From: an uncultured Christensenellaceae bacterium
GTDB taxonomy: Bacteria; Bacillota; Clostridia; Christensenellales; CAG-1252
Direction: 5' to 3'
DNA length: 64,000 nucleotides
Assembly (NCBI GenBank): GCA_964619685.1
Contig: CAZUET010000001.1
Span: forward strand, 7,719-71,718
This document shows, one piece after another, positions 47,897 to 55,540 of the stretch (the stretch's first letter is position 1; each line of letters opens with the position of its first letter). The notes beneath the pieces are model-generated. The model saw only the letters and a program-made list of their open reading frames with translations, was not told the origin of the DNA and ran no database searches. A program made the position numbers and the translations under genes.

Positions 47897-47978
47897 GGAC
47901 TTTTTGGTTATATTGTAATACAATTAGCCAAGAAATGCAATAATTATTTTATTGATAAAACAATGAAGGAGTATATAT

Positions 47979-48971
47979 ATGAAAAAAATTATTAAAATTG
48001 TAATTTCAATAGCCTTGATTGCAATTATGTGCATCATAGCAACATCTTGTAATGACAATATCACGCCAAATGACGGAGATAAAACTCCGATAAAATACAC
48101 AGTAATGACTCCGGACGGTGCTCCAAGTATGGCAATTGCCAAAATGATGAAGGATAATGTATCATTCGGAAACGATCCTATTTATACAATAATCGGCTCG
48201 GACGCAGTTGCTTCTTCATTCACCAACGGTGATGCAGACTTTATCATTGCTCCAACAAACGCAGGTATAAATATGTCCAACAAGCTCGGCACTTATCAAA
48301 TGGTTGCAGTTACGAGTTGGGGTAATCTCTATTTGGTTGGAAATGCAGGAACTAAGGCATTGTCCGAATGCGAGGATGCCAACGAATTTCTTGCACAATT
48401 AAGTGGCAAAGCAGTTGCAAGCATCGGTACAAACCTTGTTCCCGATATCACATTCAAGCACATTTTATCTACCGCAGGTGTTGAAGCTACCGTCAATGCA
48501 TCCACTGCAGACCTTATCCAAAACGACCTCATGGAAGGCACTCTTTCCTACGGCTTATTAGGCGAGCCTGCAGTAACGGCAACTCTTATGAAGGTCAGTA
48601 GTGCTAAAAGACTTTGCTCAATAAGTGAGCTATGGGTATCAATTACCAATACGGAATTCACCCAAGCAGGTCTGTTTGTTAAGCGTTCCATAATTGAAAA
48701 TGACAAAGAGTCGGTAGAAAAATTCATAACAGAGCTTCGTGCATCTATCGAATACCTTAACGCAAGTGCAGAAAATGCAAAGGCGCTCGGCGATTATATG
48801 GAAAGTACAGGTAAATCCACACTTAAGGGTGCAGTCGTTTCTAAATGCTATCTCCAAATGAACCAGAAATTCGTTTTGGCTTCAGAGGTCAAGGACGATA
48901 TCCTTGCATTTGTCAATGTATTGGATGTAAATGTGTCGGCAGATGCAGATATATTCTATCAAGCTGAATAA
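47979..48971 (+). CDS. NMT1/SsuA-like ABC substrate-binding lipoprotein
   Basis: 330 aa; SD AAGGAG; lipobox IIATSC. Followed by NitT/TauT-type permease and ATPase genes. Confidence 0.7.
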   Translation: MKKIIKIVISIALIAIMCIIATSCNDNITPNDGDKTPIKYTVMTPDGAPSMAIAKMMKDNVSFGNDPIYTIIGSDAVASSFTNGDADFIIAPTNAGINMSNKLGTYQMVAVTSWGNLYLVGNAGTKALSECEDANEFLAQLSGKAVASIGTNLVPDITFKHILSTAGVEATVNASTADLIQNDLMEGTLSYGLLGEPAVTATLMKVSSAKRLCSISELWVSITNTEFTQAGLFVKRSIIENDKESVEKFITELRASIEYLNASAENAKALGDYMESTGKSTLKGAVVSKCYLQMNQKFVLASEVKDDILAFVNVLDVNVSADADIFYQAE

Positions 48972-49741
48972 TGATAAAAAAAGCTATCAAAAATAATAAA
49001 TACTCGCTTATATCGGTAGTAGCCGTAATAGTGTTTTTGGGTATATGGGAATTGGTCGCCTATCTCCTTGATAAAACATATCTTTTACCTCGTGTTTCCG
49101 AGATTATAAGCGAGTTTTTTGTTTTACTCGGTAAAAAAGATTTTTATATCGTTACATTATCCACTCTCGGTCGTTGCCTTATCGGTTTTGTAGCATCACT
49201 TTTGTTAGGATTGGGCTTAGGTATCTTGGGTGGTACATCTAAAACGGTGCGTGCTATATTGTCGCCCTTTATATCATTTCTTAGGACCACCCCGACAATG
49301 TCGCTTACACTTATTATAATGGTATGGCTACGATCTAAATATACGCCCATTCTTATAGGTTTTATTATGGTATTTCCTATCATATATAGAACGGTATCCG
49401 ATAGCCTTATAAATGTGGATGAAAAGCTTAAAGAAATGGTATCTCTCTATGGTGTATCTAAAAGGAATACTATCAAATATCTTTACATTCCCGAGGTTAT
49501 CCCTGTTTTGTTCGGTTCTATGGTTACGGCATTCGGATTAAACATTAAAGCGGTTATTTCTGCTGAAATATTAGCTTATACGGCAGATTCTATCGGACTA
49601 AGAATGTTTGTAGCAAAAACGGACATATTTGGTGGCACAGCAACACTTTTTGCTTGGGTATTGACAGCTATATTGCTTTCGGTTATTTTTGAATTGATCT
49701 TGGGTGCGATACAAAGGAGAATTTGTAAAAAATGGAACTAA
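48971..49741 (+). CDS. NitT/TauT-family ABC permease
   Basis: 256 aa, 6 TM. Start abuts the SBP stop. Confidence 0.8.
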   Translation: MIKKAIKNNKYSLISVVAVIVFLGIWELVAYLLDKTYLLPRVSEIISEFFVLLGKKDFYIVTLSTLGRCLIGFVASLLLGLGLGILGGTSKTVRAILSPFISFLRTTPTMSLTLIIMVWLRSKYTPILIGFIMVFPIIYRTVSDSLINVDEKLKEMVSLYGVSKRNTIKYLYIPEVIPVLFGSMVTAFGLNIKAVISAEILAYTADSIGLRMFVAKTDIFGGTATLFAWVLTAILLSVIFELILGAIQRRICKKWN

Positions 49742-50298
49742 AGGGCTTTACAAAAAAATACGGAGATAAGATAGTCTTTGATAATTTCGATCTTGTATTG
49801 GAGGAGCATAGAATCACCGCAATAATGGGAGCGAGCGGTTGTGGAAAAACTACTCTTTTAAACGTGCTTTCGGGACTTGATACCGATTATGAGGGCGAGC
49901 TACTCAATATAGAAGAGTGCGCATATATTTTCCAAGAACCACGACTTCTTAAAGGGGCGACGGTGCTTGAAAATACGCTAATAGGTAGCGGATTTAAAAA
50001 TAAGGAAAAAGCAATAGGACTGCTTAACGCTCTCGAACTCGGAGAGTATATAAATAAATATCCGAATTCACTTTCGGGCGGAATGGCAATGCGTGTAAGT
50101 ATGGCTCGTGCGTTTGTCAGCGATCGCCCCGTCATATTGATGGACGAAGCCTTTAAAGGACTTGATAAAGAGTTGCGTTACCGCTTATATGACCTATTTA
50201 AATCGCTTTGGCAGGTTGATAAGCCAACCACAGTAATAGTAACCCATGACGAAGACGAGGCAAAATATTTAGCCGATAAGATCGTTGTATTAAAATAA
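49732..50298 (+). CDS. compact ABC ATPase (NitT/TauT family)
   Basis: 188 aa; GASGCGKTT, LSGGMAMRVSMARAF, ILMDEAFKGLD, VTHD. Confidence 0.85.
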   Translation: MELKGFTKKYGDKIVFDNFDLVLEEHRITAIMGASGCGKTTLLNVLSGLDTDYEGELLNIEECAYIFQEPRLLKGATVLENTLIGSGFKNKEKAIGLLNALELGEYINKYPNSLSGGMAMRVSMARAFVSDRPVILMDEAFKGLDKELRYRLYDLFKSLWQVDKPTTVIVTHDEDEAKYLADKIVVLK

Positions 50299-50313
50299 CT
50301 ACAAATAGTATAC

Positions 50314-50356
50314 AAAAAGCGATACGGAATCGATATGCTTCTCGTATCGCTTTTTT
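50314..50356 (+). terminator. intrinsic terminator of the ABC operon
   Basis: GCGATACG (50319-50326) / CGTATCGC (50343-50350), then TTTTTT. Confidence 0.75.
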
Positions 50357-50415
50357 GATCTTAAATTGGTTTGTGTTACTTGCACACGAAGAACACTCAT
50401 CAATATTTATCAGAA

Positions 50416-50691
50416 CTATTTATTTTCTAAGAGTTCTCTAAAGTTAACTACCCTAACACTTGGAGATCTTGAGCCCATACCCCAGCATATACCGCTGACA
50501 AATCCCATTGATAATTTAGGATCAATTCCCATATGATAGTCGCAGTGGTCTTGGTCGGGTTTTATCTCGTCGCCATTCATCCATCTACAGCCGTTATCCT
50601 TTGCCCATTGTAAAAATGCAACACCATCTTCGTTTTCAACATAAAACCAAACATGATTTTTACCTTTAAGTAATTTCTTTAATTTTTCCAT
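50416..50691 (-). CDS. 91-aa protein of unknown function (cargo of the SAM riboswitch)
   Basis: ATG 50691 with SD AAGGAG; sequence MEKLKKLLKGKNHVWFYVENEDGVAFLQWAKDNGCRWMNGDE.... The track extension to 50781 overlaps the riboswitch terminator and is rejected. Confidence 0.65.
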   Translation of the reverse strand: MEKLKKLLKGKNHVWFYVENEDGVAFLQWAKDNGCRWMNGDEIKPDQDHCDYHMGIDPKLSMGFVSGICWGMGSRSPSVRVVNFRELLENK

Positions 50692-50730
50692 AAATATACT
50701 CCTTATAAACATATTTTTTCCATAAAGAGT

Positions 50731-50876
50731 ATAAAGAATAAAGAAAGATCCCATCGCATTCGATAGGATCATAGTGTGCAATATTAAACCCCATCGAATC
50801 AGACATTAGCACCTTGCCTTATCGGTAGGTTGCTGTGACATCATAGGGTCTGTCCCTCCGTCACTCTTTATGGTTA
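50731..50876 (-). promoter_or_regulatory. SAM-I riboswitch (S-box) with terminator
   Basis: Minus strand CCAUAAAGAGUGACGGAGGGACAGACCCUAUGAUGUCACAGCAACC...AAGGUGCUAAUG...CACUAUG. The terminator is GAUCCUAUCG-aaug-CGAUGGGAUC (50747-50770) plus a U-run. An aptamer 3' segment CGAUGGGG can pair with the terminator 5' arm, giving an antiterminator. Confidence 0.8.
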
Positions 50877-50883
50877 TGCATTT

Positions 50884-50912
50884 ATTATACGCCATTAATT
50901 TTATTTTGTCAA
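50884..50912 (-). promoter_or_regulatory. consensus sigma-70 promoter of the S-box leader
   Basis: Minus strand TTGACA (50907-50912), 17 nt, TATAAT (50884-50889). Confidence 0.7.
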
Positions 50913-50947
50913 CAATTATCATATAAAAATTGAAAAAGCATTTTTAA

Positions 50948-51120
50948 GTCCCCGTCTTGTCATACGCTTTCTGTTCACTTATTTTAAGTTTTATCGTAAT
51001 GTGTTTATCCTTGTCTGCTGTCATACTGAGATAAATCAATTCATTTACAAAGCAAATGAGGAATTTATCTCGACAGCGGGCAACGGTCTGATTATAATGA
51101 CAGGACGTGAATATTGGTAC
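50948..51120 (+). repeat. modular intergenic repeat, copy G (degenerate)
   Basis: GTCCCCGTCTTGTCATACGC, TTGTCTGCTGTCATACTGAG, inverted module ATAATGACAGGACG, and ATTGGTACC. The core is replaced by unrelated sequence. Confidence 0.5.
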
Positions 51121-51171
51121 CTTTTGACGATAATAAAAACTTATCAGTTTAATCTCCGCATTTTGTATGAA

Positions 51172-51945
51172 TTATTCTCTTTCTTTTATGCTCGATACCG
51201 TTAATTCTACCAATTTGCCGTGCGCACGGGCTTTTTCAACGGTGTCCTCGTCAATTATTTTACCTTTTGGAATGATCAATTTCCCACCGTCAAATATATG
51301 CTTGATAACAGCACGTCCAAGTAAAAAACCGTATCCCGAAATGACCTTTAAGGGAGATTCGTTATTCTTTAATGGAGTCTTTTGAGTGATGTTAATGGGC
51401 GTAGAAGCTGTTGTATTATCTATATAGCTTATTGGTACTTTGATTGATTCATCGCTAATTTCGGGTTGTAACTCGAATTGATTAAATGCACTCGATAGTT
51501 CTTTGGGCTTGACCGCTTTATCTCTTTTGATCCGCAGTTTTCTATTACCCTTAACGATTATCATTTCTTTACTTAATAAAACGACCTCATCGACCTTGAG
51601 TTTTTTATCTTCGCCAATATACAATTCATTTATTGTATTGCCATTGAATTCAAAGTCAACAGCTCGTCCAATATAACAGCCGTCAGTGTTATAAATCGGA
51701 CTTCTGAAAGGAAAATCTATTCCCGATGATTGAAATTCTGCCAAAGAACTTAGCGTATACAATATATCTTTGCCTTGAAAAACTCGTTTATTGTCTACGA
51801 ATCCTTCATTCTCTTCATTGTCAACAGTGGATAAATGGTGTATGCGTCGCAATTTTCTATCTACCGTACAACTGTAGATTGTTCCTAATTCCTTTCCGAA
51901 AGTCAAACACACGATTTTCTTACCTATTATTTCACTAAATCTCAT
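51172..51945 (-). CDS. hypothetical protein, possible PRC-barrel-like repeats
   Basis: ATG 51945 with SD GGAGG. The 257-aa product starts MRFSEIIGKKIV...LGTIYSCTVD, which resembles PRC-barrel starts. The family call is weak. Confidence 0.5.
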   Translation of the reverse strand: MRFSEIIGKKIVCLTFGKELGTIYSCTVDRKLRRIHHLSTVDNEENEGFVDNKRVFQGKDILYTLSSLAEFQSSGIDFPFRSPIYNTDGCYIGRAVDFEFNGNTINELYIGEDKKLKVDEVVLLSKEMIIVKGNRKLRIKRDKAVKPKELSSAFNQFELQPEISDESIKVPISYIDNTTASTPINITQKTPLKNNESPLKVISGYGFLLGRAVIKHIFDGGKLIIPKGKIIDEDTVEKARAHGKLVELTVSSIKERE

Positions 51946-52158
51946 ATAAACCTCCAAAGGCGATATATCACAATTTATTCTCATTGAAATCGATATATGC
52001 AGATTAGTGTTTTTATCTGTTTTTATTACAAAAACGGCGTTGTTGAATTTTTGTGGTCAATAAATACAATGTGTCGAAGACTATTGCTGATAATATTTTG
52101 TACGCATTTTTTAATACATTAAAAATATACTATAGCAAATTAAATGTATTGAAAATCC

Positions 52159-52187
52159 TTGACACGGCAACTGTATTTGAGTATAAT
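52159..52187 (+). promoter_or_regulatory. consensus promoter of rpmE
   Basis: TTGACA (52159-52164), 17 nt, TATAAT (52182-52187). Confidence 0.7.
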
Positions 52188-52235
52188 TGACTTGCATCTA
52201 TACAAGCGATGCAAATTTATTTGAGGTGATTTATA

Positions 52236-52445
52236 ATGAAAAACAGTACACATCCTAATTACAAGACAGTAACCGTTGTATGTGCTTGTGGTGAGACTTT
52301 CTTGACAGGTACAACAAAGGTAAATAGCGACACATTGCGTGTAGATATCTGCAGTAAGTGTCATCCCTTCTATACCGGTAAGCAAAAATCTGTTGATACC
52401 GGCGGCCGTGTTGATAAGTTCAATAAGCGTTACAATCGCGGTTAA
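52236..52445 (+). CDS. rpmE: 50S ribosomal protein L31
   Basis: 69 aa; [22 protein letters not shown]...[13 protein letters not shown]...[10 protein letters not shown]. Confidence 0.95.
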   Translation: MKNSTHPNYKTVTVVCACGETFLTGTTKVNSDTLRVDICSKCHPFYTGKQKSVDTGGRVDKFNKRYNRG

Positions 52446-52459
52446 CAACAAACAATTAT

Positions 52460-52498
52460 GGATGGTGTCGCCTTTTAGGTTAACACTGTCCTTTTTTT
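52460..52498 (+). terminator. hairpin plus T7 run after rpmE (terminator or attenuator)
   Basis: GGATGGTGT (52460-52468) / ACACTGTCC (52483-52491) with two G-U pairs, then TTTTTTT. The next start codon follows only 6 nt later. Confidence 0.5.
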
Positions 52499-52503
52499 AA
52501 TCT

Positions 52504-54288
52504 ATGGCAAGAAAATTTGTTTCAAAAATCGGCGGACAAGCCGTACTTGAAGGTGTAATGATGCGTGGCGAAAAGAGTTACGCCACTGCAGTTAGGACAT
52601 CTGATGGAAAAATAACGGTAGAATCAAAGAGGGTTCAACCGAGTAAAGGATGGACGAAGATTCCTATTATTAGGGGAATCGTTAATTTTTTCTTATCTCT
52701 TGTTAATGGTATGAAAATTACCATGCGTTCTGCAGAGGTATTTGGTGAGGAAATAGAGCAGGAAGAGCCGTCCAAGTTCGAAAAATGGTTAGCGAAAACA
52801 TTGCATATTGATGTAATGAGTATTGCTATGTTTTTTGGCGTTATATTGGGGCTTGCTTTTTCGGTTGCATTATTCTTTATTTTACCGACCTTGATAACAG
52901 GATGGATTCCTTTAGATACTATATGGTTAAATCTTATTGAGGGTTTAGTTAGAATATTGATATTTGTTTCATATATTCTTTTGACTTCGTTAATGAAGGA
53001 TATAAGAAGGCTTTATCAATATCATGGAGCAGAGCATAAGACTATAGCATGCTTTGAACAAGGCTTGCCGTTGACTGTCGAAAATGCAAAACAACAGAGT
53101 AAGCATCACGACAGATGCGGTACCAACTTCATTGTGATAGTAATGATAGTTTCGATTCTTATGTTTTCATTGGTAGAGTATCTACTCTCATTATGCGGAT
53201 TTGTTATCAGTGAGTTGCCAGTGTCGAGTATTATCCAAAAGCTTGTAAGAATAGCCATTAAGCTTGCAATGCTTCCGTTGGTTGCAGGTGTAAGCTACGA
53301 GGTTCTCAAATTCCTTGCCAAATTTGACAACCCATTTGTTAGGGCATTAAAGGCTCCCGGAATGCTCATTCAGCATATAACGACCAGAGAACCCGATGAT
53401 AGTATGCTTGAAGTTGCGATTAAGGCGTTTATCACCGTTCAAGAGTTGGATGCGGATGAATCCTTAGAAACCACGACATTTGTTATTCAAAAGTCGTTAG
53501 CGAAGTGTAGAGAAGAGTTATCTGCTTATCTTGAGGGTGTAGCCGAAGCGGATGCAAAGGCAAAATATATTATTTCCGAGGTGACAGGGTTAAGCGAAGC
53601 CGAACTCAATTCGATCAAGACGATAAAGGATTACGAATATGATCGGTGTATCGAGTATTCCAAGAGAGTTGCAAACGGCGAACCGTTACAATATATTTTT
53701 GGATATGCATATTTTTACGGTAGAAAATTCACGGTAAATCCAAGCGTTTTGATTCCTCGTCAAGATACCGAATTTGTGGTAGAGAAGGCGTTAGAATATG
53801 TGCATGACGGTTCAAAAGTGCTTGATATATGTACAGGTTCAGGCTGTATTGCTGCAACTGTATCTTTGGAAAAAAATATTCATGTGGTAGCTGTAGACAT
53901 TTCAAAAGATGCATTGAATATAGCGAAGAATAATGTTGACGGTTTGAATGCTGATGTAGAATTGATCGAATCTGATATGTTTAATGGTGTTAGCGATAAC
54001 TTTGATTTGATCATATCTAACCCTCCGTATATATCGGAATCGGATATGGCACAGCTTCCTATCGATGTAACAAAAGAACCAAAGCTTGCTTTATACGGCG
54101 GTAAAGACGGCTTGGATTTTTATAGGATAATAGCAAGCTCGGCGCCGTTAAATTCCAATGGTGTAATCGTATTAGAGATAGGAGATCATCAAGCGGACGG
54201 TATAAAAGAGATATTTGGAGAATATTCGAGTGTTGAAATATATCAAGATTTGAGTGGAACCGATAGAATAGCGGTAATTAAAAAATAA
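52504..54288 (+). CDS. prmC: fusion of DUF1385 membrane domain and release-factor glutamine N5-methyltransferase PrmC
   Basis: 594 aa. The N-terminal ~310 aa (IGGQAVLEGVMMRG, YHGAEHK, HHDRCGT) match DUF1385 (number from memory). The C-terminal ~280 aa carry PrmC motifs VLIPRQDTE, VLDICTGSGCIA, IISNPPY. Confidence 0.85.
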   Translation: MARKFVSKIGGQAVLEGVMMRGEKSYATAVRTSDGKITVESKRVQPSKGWTKIPIIRGIVNFFLSLVNGMKITMRSAEVFGEEIEQEEPSKFEKWLAKTLHIDVMSIAMFFGVILGLAFSVALFFILPTLITGWIPLDTIWLNLIEGLVRILIFVSYILLTSLMKDIRRLYQYHGAEHKTIACFEQGLPLTVENAKQQSKHHDRCGTNFIVIVMIVSILMFSLVEYLLSLCGFVISELPVSSIIQKLVRIAIKLAMLPLVAGVSYEVLKFLAKFDNPFVRALKAPGMLIQHITTREPDDSMLEVAIKAFITVQELDADESLETTTFVIQKSLAKCREELSAYLEGVAEADAKAKYIISEVTGLSEAELNSIKTIKDYEYDRCIEYSKRVANGEPLQYIFGYAYFYGRKFTVNPSVLIPRQDTEFVVEKALEYVHDGSKVLDICTGSGCIAATVSLEKNIHVVAVDISKDALNIAKNNVDGLNADVELIESDMFNGVSDNFDLIISNPPYISESDMAQLPIDVTKEPKLALYGGKDGLDFYRIIASSAPLNSNGVIVLEIGDHQADGIKEIFGEYSSVEIYQDLSGTDRIAVIKK

Positions 54289-54305
54289 AGTAGTGAGATA
54301 AAATT

Positions 54306-55376
54306 ATGTTTGAAAAATTAGATGATGTAAAAATTAGATATCAGGAAATAGGCGAATCCTTAGCGGATCCTGCCGTTTTGGGCGATAGAGAAAAGTGGCA
54401 AAAGCTAAGTAAGGAATATGCAGATCTCACCCCTATCATAGATACCTATAATGAATATCTTGCAGTTAATAAGAATATTGAGGACTGTAAGAATATAATC
54501 AAAGAAAATGAAGATCCCGATTTTGTTGAAATGGCAAAGGAAGAATTGTCCGAAGCTAATTCGACTATCGAAGAGATTGCTGAAAGGCTTAAGCGTTTAT
54601 TGATTCCAAAGGATCCTAATGATGAAAAGAATGTTATTCTTGAAATTAGAGGCGGAGCAGGTGGAGATGAAGCGTCATTGTTTGGAAGCGAGCTTTTAAG
54701 AATGTATGAAAGATTTGCCGAGAGAATGCGTTGGGGCGTTGAAGAGGTTGAAATGAACCTTACCGATTTAGGTGGTGTAAATAAAGTCGTAATCATGATT
54801 AAGGGAAAAGGTGCCTATTCAAAACTCAAATTCGAATCGGGTGCACACCGTGTACAAAGAGTTCCTGCCACCGAATCGCAAGGTAGAATTCATACATCTA
54901 CAGCAACCGTTGCCGTTCTTCCCGAAGCAGAAGATATTGATGTTAAGCTCAATATGAACGATGTCAAGGTAGATACCTATAGAGCAGGTGGTGCAGGCGG
55001 ACAGTATGTTAATAGAACGGACTCCGCAGTAAGAATGACACATATTCCTACAGGAATCGTTGTAACCTGTCAAGATGAAAAGTCACAGTTAAAGAATAAG
55101 GAAAAAGCAATACGAGTATTGAAGACACGTCTTTATGAGTTCTATCAAGGTCAAGCCGATAAGGAATATGCCGAAAATAGAAAATCGCAGGTAGGTACAG
55201 GCGATAGATCAGAGAGAATTCGTACCTACAACTTCCCTCAAGGACGAGTTACCGACCATAGAATTAATATGACGCTATACAGTCTTGATCAATTCCTTGA
55301 CGGCGACATTCTCGAAATCGTTGACGCTCTTGCAATCGATCACGAAAATAAGCTTTTAGCCGAAGGATCGGTATAA
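54306..55376 (+). CDS. prfA: peptide chain release factor 1
   Basis: 356 aa; PAT tripeptide (RVQRVPATESQGRIHTS) and GGQ (AGGAGGQYVNRTDSAVR). Confidence 0.95.
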   Translation: MFEKLDDVKIRYQEIGESLADPAVLGDREKWQKLSKEYADLTPIIDTYNEYLAVNKNIEDCKNIIKENEDPDFVEMAKEELSEANSTIEEIAERLKRLLIPKDPNDEKNVILEIRGGAGGDEASLFGSELLRMYERFAERMRWGVEEVEMNLTDLGGVNKVVIMIKGKGAYSKLKFESGAHRVQRVPATESQGRIHTSTATVAVLPEAEDIDVKLNMNDVKVDTYRAGGAGGQYVNRTDSAVRMTHIPTGIVVTCQDEKSQLKNKEKAIRVLKTRLYEFYQGQADKEYAENRKSQVGTGDRSERIRTYNFPQGRVTDHRINMTLYSLDQFLDGDILEIVDALAIDHENKLLAEGSV

Positions 55377-55453
55377 TAAATAATAATCTAAAAATGGGGT
55401 TTGTAAAAAGTCCCTTTTTTATAAACACTAATACGAGGAGCAATCCACGAAAT

Positions 55454-55492
55454 AAAAAGACGGCACTGACCTTTTTGTAGCGCCGTCTTTTT
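55454..55492. terminator. bidirectional intrinsic terminator between prfA and the NACHT-LRR gene
   Basis: AAAAAGACGGC (55454-55464) / GCCGTCTTTTT (55482-55492). Confidence 0.75.
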
Positions 55493-55540
55493 CAATTAAC
55501 TGTATTACAATATAGCTTTCATATTGAATTGAAAATTCTA

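Noticed and set aside
50692-50781. 30-codon N-terminal extension of the 50416-50781 track ORF
   Set aside because: The extension overlaps the S-box terminator hairpin and U-run. A strong SD (AAGGAG) precedes the internal ATG at 50691.
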